Source: an uncultured Porphyromonadaceae bacterium (GTDB lineage Bacteria > Bacteroidota > Bacteroidia > Bacteroidales > Muribaculaceae). From it: a stretch of DNA of 48,423 nucleotides. The stretch's first letter is position 1. Each line of letters starts with the position of its first letter. Made by a program: the position numbers and the translations under genes. This document shows positions 1 to 9,883 of the stretch, piece after piece. The stretch lies in contig CABRZA010000001.1 of the NCBI GenBank assembly GCA_902475285.1, positions 1 to 48,423 of the forward strand, in the 5' to 3' direction. Below the pieces are notes generated by a model. That model was not told where the DNA came from. It saw nothing but the letters and a program-made list of their open reading frames with translations, and did no database searches.

Positions 1-159
1 TGTGGAAAAATGTCGATTTTTATGGCCCTTTACAGATTTTTTGGACAAATAACGGGAATTGGGGAAGGCATAATGAGGAATGGGATTGGGAATGGAGGCT
101 TTTTGTTTTATGCTGCGAGCTTCAGCGAGCAAATCCCCAATCCCCAATTCTCATTATTT

Positions 160-191
160 TTTGCGCAGGTACAAAAAAAATGCTAAATTTG
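160..191 (+). promoter_or_regulatory. Bacteroidetes housekeeping promoter (-33 TTTG / -7 TAAATTTG) for parC operon
   Basis: TTTG at 160-163, 20-nt spacer, TAAATTTG at 184-191; matches TTTG-N19-21-TAnnTTTG. Confidence 0.7.
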
Positions 192-213
192 TAGAAAATT
201 GCCAATCTCCACC

Positions 214-2943
214 ATGAAGCAAGATCCTGAAGACCTCGACCCATCCGACATCGACACCCCCGTTGCCGCCTCCAACGACGACGATGACGACGCAGCCGAA
301 AACCTCCCCGCCGGCCACCGCATATTCACATCACAGGAAGACCTCGAAAAGCTGCACCTGCGCGGCATGTACCAGACTTGGTACCTCGAATACGCTTCCT
401 ATGTGATTCTCGACCGTGCCGTGCCGCACATCGACGACGGTCTCAAACCCGTGCAGCGCCGAATACTGCATGCAATGAAGACTATCGACGACGGACGCTT
501 CAACAAGGTGGCCAACATCGTGGGCACTACCATGCAGTACCATCCCCACGGCGACCAATCGATAAAGGACGCCCTGGTGCAGCTCGGACAGAAAGACCTG
601 CTTGTGGAGACGCAGGGTAACTGGGGCAACATAATCACCGGCAGCGCGGCGGCCGCGGCCCGATATATAGAGGCGCGACTCTCGCTCTTCGCATCCGAGG
701 TGCTCTTCAACCCCAAGGTGACCGAATGGACCATGAGCTACGACGGCCGCAAGCGCGAGCCCGTGACGCTCCCGGCCAAGTTCCCCCTGCTGCTCGCGCA
801 CGGCGCCGAGGGCATAGCCGTGGGCCTCTCGTCGAAGATTCTGCCGCACAACTTCAACGAAATCCTCGACGCCGCCGTAGCCTGCGTGCGCGGCGACGAC
901 TTCACACTCTACCCCGACTTCGCCACCGGCGGCCTCATCGACGTGGCCGGATACAACGACGGTCGCCGAGGCGGCCGCCTCAAAGTGCGCGCACGCATCG
1001 AGAAAATCGACGCTCGCACCCTCAACATCACCGAGCTCCCCTTCGGCCAGACGGCCGCAAGCCTTATCGACAGCATTCTCAAAGCCATCGACCGCGGACA
1101 GATTAAAGTGCGCAAGGTCGAGGACTACAGCTCGGCATCGGCGTCAATAATGGTGCACCTCATCCCGGGCACATCGAGCGACAAGACCATCGACGCCCTC
1201 TACGCCTTCACCTCGTGCGAAGTCAACATCTCGCCCAACTGCTGCGTGATACGCGACGACAAGCCATGCTTCATCGGCGTGTCCGACATCCTGCGCCACA
1301 GCGTGGCCACCACTCGCCGCATCATCGCCGCCGAGCTCGAGGTGAAGCTCGCCGAAGACCGCGAGCAGCTCCTCTACGCCTCCCTCGAAAAGATTTTCAT
1401 CGAGGAGCGAATCTACAAGGACAAGGCCTACGAAGAAGCCCCCGACATCGACGCCGCAGTGGCACACATCGACAGCCGCCTCGAACCTTACAAGGCACGC
1501 TTCGTGCGCGAGATAACGCGCGACGACATCCTGCGCCTCCTCGAAATAAAGATGAAGCGCATACTCCGCTTCAACTCCTCCGACGCCGACCGCGCCATCG
1601 AGGCTCTCGAAACACGCATCGCCGACCATATCGACCGCCTCGGGCGCCTCGACGAGGTGACAATCGAGTGGTTCGAATACCTCAAAGAGAAATACGGCGC
1701 CGCGTATCCCCGCCGCTCCGAGCTCCGCAGCTTCGACACCATCCAGGCCGCCAACGTGGCCGACGCCAGCGAGAAGCTATACATCGACCGCAAGGAAGGC
1801 TTTGCCGGAACGAAGCTCAAAAAGGACGAGTTCGTGTGCAACTGCTCGCTCCTCGACGACGTGATTATCTTCTACCGCGACGGCAAATACAAGATTACCC
1901 GCGTGCAGGAGAAATTCTTCGTCGGGCCCAACGTGCTCTTCATCAACGTATACAAGCGCAACGACCAGCGCACAATATATAATGTAATCTACCGCAACGG
2001 CGCCGCAGGAGCATTCTACATGAAGCGCTTCGCCGCCACGGGCCTCACGCGCGACAAGGTGTACGACCTCACGCCGGGCCACGAGGGCTCGCGCGTAGTG
2101 TGGTTCACAGCCAACCCCAACGGCGAGGCCGAGGTCGTGAAGGTGTCGCTCAAACCCAAGCTGCGCCTCAAAAACCTCAGCTTCGACGTCGATTTCGGAA
2201 AGCTCGCCATCAAGAACCGTGGCGCCGTGGGCAACCTCGTCACCAAGAACGAGGTATCGCGATTCTCGCTCAAAGAGCGCGGCACATCGACCCTCGGCGG
2301 CCGACAGGTATGGTTCGACCCCGACGTGCTCCGCCTCAACTACGACGGCCGCGGGGACTACCTGGGCGAGTTCGCCGGTACCGACCGCGTGCTCGTGGTG
2401 ATGGACAACGGAGAGTTCTTCACCACCTCCTTCGACATCTCCAACCACTATGAGCCGGGCATACGCCTCATCGAGAAATTCCGTCCCGAGACAGTGTGGA
2501 CCGCCGTACTCGACGACCCCGACGCGGGCTACCCCTACATAAAGCGCTTCACCTTCGACGACAGCCAGCGCCGCCAGCGCTTCGTGGGCGACGACGAGCG
2601 CTCCAAACTCCTTCTGCTCACCGACCGCCCCGACCCGGTGCTGATCCTCCACTTCGCCGACGAAAACCGCGTCGACCTCGAGCTCAATGCGGCCGAATAC
2701 ATAGGCGTGAAATCCTATAAGGCCCGCGGCAAACGCCTCACCACCTATCCTCTCGCGAGCATAGAGCTGCCGGAGCTTCCCGAGCCTGAATCTGAGAACT
2801 CCGAGAGCTTCGAGAACTCTGACATCTCAGAAGAAAGCCACGCTTCGGAGTTCTCGGAAAACTCCGACCCCTCCGAGAGTGCCCCTGCCCCCGAGTCGCC
2901 TCACACCCCCTCGCTCTTCGAAGATGAAAGCTCTGATAATTAG
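214..2943 (+). CDS. parC: DNA topoisomerase IV subunit A (GyrA/ParC family)
   Basis: DRAVPHIDDGLKPVQRRIL, YHPHGD, AAAARYIEARL (catalytic Tyr); Bacteroidetes ParC-type C-terminus; ATG at 214 preferred over TTG 199. Confidence 0.9.
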   Translation: MKQDPEDLDPSDIDTPVAASNDDDDDAAENLPAGHRIFTSQEDLEKLHLRGMYQTWYLEYASYVILDRAVPHIDDGLKPVQRRILHAMKTIDDGRFNKVANIVGTTMQYHPHGDQSIKDALVQLGQKDLLVETQGNWGNIITGSAAAAARYIEARLSLFASEVLFNPKVTEWTMSYDGRKREPVTLPAKFPLLLAHGAEGIAVGLSSKILPHNFNEILDAAVACVRGDDFTLYPDFATGGLIDVAGYNDGRRGGRLKVRARIEKIDARTLNITELPFGQTAASLIDSILKAIDRGQIKVRKVEDYSSASASIMVHLIPGTSSDKTIDALYAFTSCEVNISPNCCVIRDDKPCFIGVSDILRHSVATTRRIIAAELEVKLAEDREQLLYASLEKIFIEERIYKDKAYEEAPDIDAAVAHIDSRLEPYKARFVREITRDDILRLLEIKMKRILRFNSSDADRAIEALETRIADHIDRLGRLDEVTIEWFEYLKEKYGAAYPRRSELRSFDTIQAANVADASEKLYIDRKEGFAGTKLKKDEFVCNCSLLDDVIIFYRDGKYKITRVQEKFFVGPNVLFINVYKRNDQRTIYNVIYRNGAAGAFYMKRFAATGLTRDKVYDLTPGHEGSRVVWFTANPNGEAEVVKVSLKPKLRLKNLSFDVDFGKLAIKNRGAVGNLVTKNEVSRFSLKERGTSTLGGRQVWFDPDVLRLNYDGRGDYLGEFAGTDRVLVVMDNGEFFTTSFDISNHYEPGIRLIEKFRPETVWTAVLDDPDAGYPYIKRFTFDDSQRRQRFVGDDERSKLLLLTDRPDPVLILHFADENRVDLELNAAEYIGVKSYKARGKRLTTYPLASIELPELPEPESENSESFENSDISEESHASEFSENSDPSESAPAPESPHTPSLFEDESSDN

Positions 2944-3760
2944 TCTTCTGCTCGCCGTGGCCTTCACGGTCGGCGGCCGGGAGCCGGTGGTGCGACCGGT
3001 GCTGTCGGCCTACACCATAGAGGCCGGTTCGGCCCATGTGGCGCAGACCTATCTCTCGCCACTGCGGCACAGCGGCTGGGACCTCGCCCTATCCTACGAA
3101 CGCATGCAGGCCATGCGCTTCAATCCCGACGACTTCGTGATGCGCCTCTCCGGCCGCCTCTCCGGCGCGCGCACCACCAACATACCGGCCCGCAACGCCC
3201 TGCTGTGGAAGCTCAACCTCGCCCTGGACTGGAGCATGATGTGGCGCCGCAGCTTCGGCGCATGGAGCATCTATGCCGGCGGCTACACCGGCATCGACGG
3301 CGGCGCGCTCTATCTGCCACGCAACGGCAACAACCCCGTGGCGGCTCAGGCATCGTGGACGGTAGGCATCACCGCCTCGGCGGTATGGCGCACGAAGCTC
3401 GGCAGCGTGCCCCTCTACCTGCGCTATCTGGGGCAGATGCCTCTCACCGGCTTGTTCTTCTCGCCCGAGTACGGCGAGCTGTACTATGAAATCTATCTGG
3501 GCAACCATCACGGGCTGCTGCGCGGTGCATGGCCCGGCAACTTCTTCCGCCTCGACAACCTGCTCACCGCCGACCTCCGCTTCGGCGGCACCACCCTGCG
3601 CGTGGGCTACCGCTGCCGCGTGGCCTCGACGAAGGCCTCCCACATCGTAAGCCGCGACATTGAGCATATGGCCGTGGTGGGCGTGGTATCGGAATGGATA
3701 TCCCTCTCGCCGAAGCGCGGCATCGACCCCGAAGCACGATATATAAGCGCAATGTATTGA
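2924..3760 (+). CDS. DUF3316-like exported/outer-membrane protein
   Basis: Signal peptide MKALIISLLLAVAFT; TYLSPL, NGNNP, FFSPEYGELYYEIYLG motifs; beta-strand-rich; lies next to an S41 peptidase. Confidence 0.7.
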   Translation: MKALIISLLLAVAFTVGGREPVVRPVLSAYTIEAGSAHVAQTYLSPLRHSGWDLALSYERMQAMRFNPDDFVMRLSGRLSGARTTNIPARNALLWKLNLALDWSMMWRRSFGAWSIYAGGYTGIDGGALYLPRNGNNPVAAQASWTVGITASAVWRTKLGSVPLYLRYLGQMPLTGLFFSPEYGELYYEIYLGNHHGLLRGAWPGNFFRLDNLLTADLRFGGTTLRVGYRCRVASTKASHIVSRDIEHMAVVGVVSEWISLSPKRGIDPEARYISAMY

Positions 3761-3762
3761 CC

Positions 3763-4851
3763 ATGAAATCCGTCCGCAACATATTCGCCGCTATGGCGCT
3801 TGCCGTGCCCCTCGCCGCCGGCCTCGGCGCCTGCCACTCCATCGAAGAGTGGGACAACGACTACTACGGCAATTTCGACGCCCTATGGACCGTGGTCGAC
3901 GAGCACTACTGCTTCTTCGAGCAGAAGGACGTCGACTGGCAGGCAGTGGGGCAGCAATACCGCGCGCAGATAAAGCCCGACATGAAGGCCGGGGAGTTCT
4001 TCGACCTCTGCTCCGACATGCTCGCCGAGCTGCGCGACGGGCACGTGAACCTCATGTCGTGGTTCGACGTGTCGTACTACCGCAAGTGGTGGTCCGACTA
4101 TCCCCAGAACTTCGACTGGCGCGTGATTCAGGAGCACTACCTCGACTTCGACTACTCCAACGGCGGCGGCTTCAGCTACAAGCTGCTGGCCGACGGCAAG
4201 GCCGGATACTGCCGTTACTCAACCTTCTCGGCCCCAGTTAGCGACGCCTTCGTCGACAACATGATGCTCAGCATGCGCGACGCCAACGGCCTCATCCTCG
4301 ACCTGCGCGACAACGGAGGCGGCGATCTCACCAACGTGGAGCGGCTGGTGTCGCACTTCATCACCGAACGCACCCTCGGTGGATACATATGCCACAAGAC
4401 GGGCCCCGGGCACAACGATTTCTCCGAGCCCTACCCCATTTACTACGACCCCGCCGAAGGCGTGCGCTGGCTCAAACCCGTGATAGTGCTCACCAACCGA
4501 AGCACATTCAGCGCCGCCAACAACTGCGTGCAGGCCCTGCGCACATTGCCGCAGGTGCTTCTCGTGGGCGACACCACCGGCGGAGGCTCGGGCACCCCGT
4601 TCTCGTCCGACATGCCCTGTGGCTGGGCGGTGCGCTTCTCGGCATGCCCCCTCTACGACGCCGACATGAACCTCACCGAAGGCGGCATAGAGCCCGACGT
4701 GCACATCGACAACACCCCCGAGCTCGTGGCCAAGGGCATCGATACAATTCTCAGTGCCTCGATTATCGCCCTCGAAAAACTCGACGAAGAGAACGAACCC
4801 GAGGCCGTAAAGCAGTGCCTGATGCGCCAGGCGAGCCTACATGAACCTTAA
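3763..4851 (+). CDS. S41 family peptidase lipoprotein
   Basis: Lipobox LGAC; NFDALW..VDEHYCFF, LRDGH, ILDLRDNGGG, TFSAAN (catalytic Ser), GDTTGGG. Confidence 0.88.
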   Translation: MKSVRNIFAAMALAVPLAAGLGACHSIEEWDNDYYGNFDALWTVVDEHYCFFEQKDVDWQAVGQQYRAQIKPDMKAGEFFDLCSDMLAELRDGHVNLMSWFDVSYYRKWWSDYPQNFDWRVIQEHYLDFDYSNGGGFSYKLLADGKAGYCRYSTFSAPVSDAFVDNMMLSMRDANGLILDLRDNGGGDLTNVERLVSHFITERTLGGYICHKTGPGHNDFSEPYPIYYDPAEGVRWLKPVIVLTNRSTFSAANNCVQALRTLPQVLLVGDTTGGGSGTPFSSDMPCGWAVRFSACPLYDADMNLTEGGIEPDVHIDNTPELVAKGIDTILSASIIALEKLDEENEPEAVKQCLMRQASLHEP

Positions 4852-5815
4852 CTTACAGTCGTTGCGGGGCCTGTGCGCGCTGGTGATATTCCTCCACCAC
4901 GCCTGCGCGGTGACGGCGTTCAGTTCCGACGCCGCCGACATGACCATCGCCGTATTCTTCATGCTCAGCGGCCTGACACTGAGCATGGCCAACGACGGGC
5001 GCCACATATCTCTGCGCCCCTTCATGCGTCGGCGCCTTGCGCACCTCTATCCTCTCTACATAGTGTGCCAGTTTGTGGCACTGGCAGTGTTCCCCATCGC
5101 GGGTGTGGCGGCGATATTGAAGTTCGGCGTCAGTCTGGGCATGGCGCAGACATGGTGGTATATGCCCTACATGGCCCTTATCGGCAATCCGGTGGCGTGG
5201 TTTGCGAGCTCTCTGATGCTGATATATTTCTTCTATCCGTTTATGCACAACGCATTGCTGCGCCACCCGCGGCGGTTTTCAGCCGCGGCAGCGACGGCCT
5301 TTGCCATATACTTCGCCGCAGTGCCGCTGGTGCCCGAGAGTAAGGCCTACTTCTATATATACGTTTGGCCGCTGTCGAGAATGTTCGATTTCGTGCTCGG
5401 CATGCTGCTTTGGGAGGCCATAAAAGTACTAAGAGCCAAGAAAATGACGGCAGGTGACGGCGCAATAGCCCTCTCGGCGGTGCTGACGGCAATATTTCTT
5501 GTCGTCGGGCCCTGCATTGAGCAAAACTTCCGCTACGCATCATGGTGGTGGCTTCCCGCAGCCGCATTGATACTCTCGCTCGCCCTTTCCGACGACAGCG
5601 GGGCTAAGACAACGCGCCTTCTCCACAGCCGCATCACGGTTGAGTTCGGCAACATCAGCTTCAGTTTCTACATGGTGCATATGATTGTCATACATACCCT
5701 TGACAAGTGGCTCGGCGGTGCATGGCTTATTGCCGCGGCATTCGTGGCGAGCACGGCCGCGGCATATGCCTTGCAGCGATGGTTTGTGGGGCCCCTGAAC
5801 CTGAGATTGAGATAA
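4841..5815 (+). CDS. Acyltransferase family 3 (OafA-like membrane O-acyltransferase)
   Basis: LQSLRGLCALVIFLHH, FFMLSG, RRRLAHLYP, FGNISFSFYMVH; multiple TM segments. Confidence 0.82.
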   Translation: MNLNLQSLRGLCALVIFLHHACAVTAFSSDAADMTIAVFFMLSGLTLSMANDGRHISLRPFMRRRLAHLYPLYIVCQFVALAVFPIAGVAAILKFGVSLGMAQTWWYMPYMALIGNPVAWFASSLMLIYFFYPFMHNALLRHPRRFSAAAATAFAIYFAAVPLVPESKAYFYIYVWPLSRMFDFVLGMLLWEAIKVLRAKKMTAGDGAIALSAVLTAIFLVVGPCIEQNFRYASWWWLPAAALILSLALSDDSGAKTTRLLHSRITVEFGNISFSFYMVHMIVIHTLDKWLGGAWLIAAAFVASTAAAYALQRWFVGPLNLRLR

Positions 5816-5871
5816 GAAATGCTCCGCCCGCGCAGGGCGAAGCACCTCACATCTCGTAATTTTACCTTATA

Positions 5872-7347
5872 TCAAAGTTTCCACTCCACGCCGTCGCGGG
5901 TGTCCTTTATGGTGAAGCCCAGACGCGAGAGGCTGTCGCGGATGAGGTCGCTCGTTGCCCAGTCCTTGCGGGCCTTGGCATCGGCACGAATCTGCAACAG
6001 CAGGTCAACGGCGTCGCGGTATGGTTTGAGATCGGCGTCGCCGGCGCCACCGGCATCGACCTTTATGCCGAGAATCTCAACAAGGAAAGTGTCCATCACG
6101 CGGCGCAACTCGGCTATGTCGTCGGCCGTGGCGGTGGCGTTGCCGTCCTTGATTTGGTTTATGATGCGCACGGCGTCGAAGAGCACGCCTATCACCACGG
6201 GAGTGTTGAAATCGTCGTCGAGGGCCTCGTAGGCGCGCTCGGCGAGCTTGCCCACGTCGACGGTGGAGGTGTCGGATGCTTTGAGCTCACCCAGACGGCG
6301 GTAACCGTCGAGCATACGGCCGAGCGCCGTCTCTGCGGCCTGCAAAGCCTCGTTGCTGAAATCGACTGTGCCGCGGTAATGGGCCTGGAGGATGAAGAAA
6401 CGTATGGTCATCGGCGAATAGGGCTGCGCCAGCAGAGGGTGCGAGCCGGTGAAGAATTCGTCGAGGGTGATGAAGTTGCCCAACGACTTGCCCATCTTCG
6501 TGCCGTTGATGGTAATCATGTTGTTGTGCATCCAGTAGCGTACGGCCGGGGCGTGGTTGTGCGCCACCGACTGCGCTATCTCGCACTCGTGGTGGGGAAA
6601 CTTGAGGTCCATTCCTCCGCCGTGGATGTCGAAGACGGAGCCGAGATATTTCTCGCTCATCGTGGAGCATTCGAGATGCCAACCGGGGAAACCCTCGCTC
6701 CATGGCGACGGCCAGTGCATGATGTGCTCAGGCGCGGCTTTCTTCCACAGGGCGAAGTCGGCGGGATTTCGCTTCTCGGTCTGGCCGTCGAGCTCGCGCG
6801 TGGTGGCCAGGAGCTCGTCGATGTTGCGGCCCGAGAGGCGGCCGTAGCCGTAGTCGGCGTTGAACTTGGGCACGTCGAAGTACACCGAGCCGTCGCTCAC
6901 ATATGCGTAGCCCGCGTCGAGGATGGTCTTGATGTATTCGATTTGCTCAATGATATGGCCCGAGGCATGTGGCTCTATCGAGGGAGGCAGCACGTTGAGG
7001 GCCTCCATAGCCTTGTGGTAGCGGCCGAGGTAATGCTGCACAACCTCCATTGGCTCGAGCTGCTCGAGGCGCGCCTTCTTGGCGATCTTGTCCTCGCCCT
7101 CGTCGGCGTCGTGCTCGAGGTGACCTACGTCGGTGATGTTGCGCACATAGCGCACCTTGTAGCCCAGGTGCGTGAGATAGCGGAACACGACATCGAAGGT
7201 GATGGCCGGCCGGGCGTGACCCAGATGACCGTCGCCATACACTGTCGGACCGCATACATACATGCCCACCATCGGGGCGTGGAGAGGCTTGAACGGCTCT
7301 TTGTGTCGGCTTAAAGAATTGTAGATTTGGAGGTTGTGCTGTATCAT
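5872..7347 (-). CDS. cysS: Cysteine--tRNA ligase
   Basis: [48 protein letters not shown]. Confidence 0.97.
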   Translation of the reverse strand: MIQHNLQIYNSLSRHKEPFKPLHAPMVGMYVCGPTVYGDGHLGHARPAITFDVVFRYLTHLGYKVRYVRNITDVGHLEHDADEGEDKIAKKARLEQLEPMEVVQHYLGRYHKAMEALNVLPPSIEPHASGHIIEQIEYIKTILDAGYAYVSDGSVYFDVPKFNADYGYGRLSGRNIDELLATTRELDGQTEKRNPADFALWKKAAPEHIMHWPSPWSEGFPGWHLECSTMSEKYLGSVFDIHGGGMDLKFPHHECEIAQSVAHNHAPAVRYWMHNNMITINGTKMGKSLGNFITLDEFFTGSHPLLAQPYSPMTIRFFILQAHYRGTVDFSNEALQAAETALGRMLDGYRRLGELKASDTSTVDVGKLAERAYEALDDDFNTPVVIGVLFDAVRIINQIKDGNATATADDIAELRRVMDTFLVEILGIKVDAGGAGDADLKPYRDAVDLLLQIRADAKARKDWATSDLIRDSLSRLGFTIKDTRDGVEWKL

Positions 7348-7415
7348 CGGCGTAGGAGGTGTGAAATGTGCCGCCGGCGCCGGAGCACCGGCGGCATTAT
7401 TGCTGTATTAAGCTA

Positions 7416-7730
7416 TTAAGCTTCGAAGGGGTTGGGTATGCCGCCGTTGTTCTTGGGAGCGTTGACGGGCTTGCGCTGCTCGATTTTGCCGAAGTTGGCC
7501 TCGAAGCGGGCGATGTTCTCGTTGAGGGCGCCGAGGAGGGTCTTGGCGTTCTCGGGAGTCATGATGATGCGGCTCTGCACGCGTGCCTGGGGCATGTTGG
7601 GCGACACGGCGATGAAGTCCATGAAGAATTCACCGGGAGTGTGCGAGATTACGGCGAAGTTCGAGTAGTGGCCGGCGGCTACTTCGGGAGTGAGATCAAT
7701 TTTGAGTTCTTTCTGTTGAGGTTTGTCCAT
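7416..7730 (-). CDS. DUF3467 family protein
   Basis: GHYSNFAVISHTPGEFFMDF...ARVQSRIIMTPENAK pattern. Confidence 0.8.
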   Translation of the reverse strand: MDKPQQKELKIDLTPEVAAGHYSNFAVISHTPGEFFMDFIAVSPNMPQARVQSRIIMTPENAKTLLGALNENIARFEANFGKIEQRKPVNAPKNNGGIPNPFEA

Positions 7731-7790
7731 TTTTTCTTATTGTTGATGGCACCGGCACTGATGCCGGTACCGGGGTTAGTGTTCAATAAT

Positions 7791-8504
7791 TCAGGGTCGC
7801 ACGACGGGCACATCGCCGCTGTTGACTTTGGGAAAGTCGACGGAACGTGTGCCGGTGGTCGATTCGGCGTAGACCAGACGCAGCGACTCGGTTGCGGGAT
7901 TGTCCCACAGCTCCGATATGTCGTAGGAGGCGTAGAAGAAGTAGGGGTTCACCATATTGCCGTTCGAGCCCTCGAAAATGAGGTAAACGGTGGGCTGTGC
8001 GGTTCCCACGGTTGCGTCGTCGACATAGATGGCGCACTCCTCGGGGCCGGCGCTGCTGGTTACGCCGTTGAAGATGGCGTTGAGGTATGGGCCGGTACGC
8101 CAGGCTGTGTACATGCTTACGCCGTCGGTGGCCCAGCCGGAGGTCTCGGTGGCAGTCTTGGCCTCGGGTTTCGCGCCCTCGCCTTCGGTGAGCATGGCCT
8201 GAAGGATGGATATATTGCCCGACTCATACTGTACGCCCGACTGGGGCACGTAGTTCACCACCACACGCTTGCCCTCGGTGAAGACCGACTGGCTGAAAGT
8301 CTGGTTGGTTGTGAGGGTGATGAGGGGCGAGTCGTTTTCTTTCTGAAATGTAAGGACGGTGCCGTCGGCTGTCTTATCTTGAATGGTCATGATGTCGATG
8401 TACGACTTAGCCTGCGGATCGTCGGGGTCGTTGTTGCTGTTGCAGCCGGTGAAGGCGATTGCAGCCGCGCCGAGGGCGGCGAGCAAAAGGGTTGGGTACT
8501 TCAT
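7791..8504 (-). CDS. NigD-like lipoprotein
   Basis: Start MKYPTLLLAALGAAAIAFTGC (lipobox) at 8504, overlapping the stop of the upstream ABC ATPase; GKRVVVNY, WRTGPYLN, ASYDISEL resemble NigD domains. Confidence 0.6.
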   Translation of the reverse strand: MKYPTLLLAALGAAAIAFTGCNSNNDPDDPQAKSYIDIMTIQDKTADGTVLTFQKENDSPLITLTTNQTFSQSVFTEGKRVVVNYVPQSGVQYESGNISILQAMLTEGEGAKPEAKTATETSGWATDGVSMYTAWRTGPYLNAIFNGVTSSAGPEECAIYVDDATVGTAQPTVYLIFEGSNGNMVNPYFFYASYDISELWDNPATESLRLVYAESTTGTRSVDFPKVNSGDVPVVRP

Positions 8505-9202
8505 ATTGTTTGGTTTTGGGAAGAGTTGCCGACAGTATTGTCGGTAATGGATGTGATACGTCCGTCGGCCATGTTGACTATTATGTCGGAGTCGGCGGCA
8601 AGGTGTTCGTCGTGCGTCACAACCACGAAGGTCACGCCGTCGTTGTCGCGCAGATCGAAGAAGAGGCGGTGCAGCTCGCTGCGGTTGTGCATGTCGAGGC
8701 TGCCCGACGGCTCGTCGGCGAGGATGAGCGACGCGCCGTTGACGAGGGCACGCGCCACTGCCGCCCTCTGGCACTCGCCGCCGCTGAGCTGCGAGGGGAG
8801 GTGCGAGCAGCGGTCGGCCAAGCCGAGGCGTTCGAGGCGGCAGCGCGCCTCGTCGAGGGCCTTGGCGCGCGGCGTGCCGCCAATGAGGGCCGGCAGAGCC
8901 ACGTTTTCGAGGATGGAAAATTCGGGGAGCAGGCGGTGCGACTGGAACACGAAGCCCAGATTGCGGTTGCGGAAGGCGCTGAGCCGGCGGTCGGGCCATG
9001 CGGTGAGGTCCTGGCCGTCGAAGAGCACGCTGCCGCCGGCATCGGGCGCCGAGAGGGTGCCGAGAATCTGCAAGAGGGTAGTCTTGCCGGCGCCGCTGGG
9101 GCCGACGACGGTGGTGAGACGCCCCGGCGCGACATCGATGTCGATGCCGCGGAGCACCTCAAGGTGGCCGTAGGTCTTGTGTAAATTCCTTGCCTGCAAC
9201 AT
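8501..9202 (-). CDS. lolD: ABC transporter ATP-binding protein (LolD-like)
   Basis: GPSGAGKTT, GFVFQSHRLLPEF, LSGGECQR, LADEPSGSLD, VVTHD; start MLQARNL at 9202. Confidence 0.8.
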   Translation of the reverse strand: MLQARNLHKTYGHLEVLRGIDIDVAPGRLTTVVGPSGAGKTTLLQILGTLSAPDAGGSVLFDGQDLTAWPDRRLSAFRNRNLGFVFQSHRLLPEFSILENVALPALIGGTPRAKALDEARCRLERLGLADRCSHLPSQLSGGECQRAAVARALVNGASLILADEPSGSLDMHNRSELHRLFFDLRDNDGVTFVVVTHDEHLAADSDIIVNMADGRITSITDNTVGNSSQNQTI

Positions 9203-9222
9203 GGTGTGGAGGTCGTGGATAA

Positions 9223-9819
9223 TCAGCAGCCTCCGCAGCAGCCATTGCCCGAGCCGCAGCCGCCGTCGTTGCAGCCGCCGTTGTCGCCGCAGCCGCCGCA
9301 GCATCCGCCGCCGCAGCCGCTTTCTTCGGCCTTGGCTTCCTCGATTTCTTCGACGGTGGGCTCGCGCACGGCGAGCACTTCGCCCACATAGTGCACCTTG
9401 TCCTTGGCCAGGGGGTGGTTGAGGTCGATTACCACGGCCTGGGGAGTGAGGCTGAGCACTGTGCCGTCGATGCGGTATCCGTCGGGTGTCATCAGCGGAA
9501 TTACCGCGCCGGGGGCGAACATCTCTTCGTCGAACTTGCCGTCGACTGTCATGCGCTCGCGGGGGATGGTGTATATTTCGTCGTCGGTGTAGGGTCCGAA
9601 GGCCATGGCGGGGTCGGCGACGAAGTCGAACTTATATCCCTGCCCGCGGCCGTTGAGCTCGTTTTCGAGAGCTTCTACAAAGCCCAGCGTGTAGCCCATG
9701 ATGGCGCGGTCGGGGTCGTCGGGGGTAACCTCGTGCACGAGGGTCTCGCTGCCGTCGGGGTTGATGCGGAAGAGCTTGTAGGCTATTTCGAAATATTTTC
9801 CGGGTTCTATTTTTTCCAT
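9223..9819 (-). CDS. slyD: FKBP-type peptidyl-prolyl isomerase SlyD with Cys-rich tail
   Basis: AFGPY, IDLNHPLAKDKVHYVGEVLAVREPT, Gly/Cys C-terminal tail; start MEKIEPGK at 9819. Confidence 0.85.
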   Translation of the reverse strand: MEKIEPGKYFEIAYKLFRINPDGSETLVHEVTPDDPDRAIMGYTLGFVEALENELNGRGQGYKFDFVADPAMAFGPYTDDEIYTIPRERMTVDGKFDEEMFAPGAVIPLMTPDGYRIDGTVLSLTPQAVVIDLNHPLAKDKVHYVGEVLAVREPTVEEIEEAKAEESGCGGGCCGGCGDNGGCNDGGCGSGNGCCGGC

Positions 9820-9883
9820 TGTATGCGTATGCTTTTTTGTTTCTGTCAATATATAGGCAAATACCGTGCCAAAAATATTCGTG

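Noticed and set aside
7369..7397. Intergenic GC hairpins (also about 7748-7771 and 16384-16400)
   Set aside because: No U-tracts on the transcribed strand and no shared sequence; probably ordinary mRNA-stabilising stems
7368..9173. 601-aa plus-strand ORF and other long antisense ORFs (11567-13681, 16413-18380, 26870-28501)
   Set aside because: Shadow frames opposite well-supported genes; high GC3 suppresses stops; no recognisable motifs
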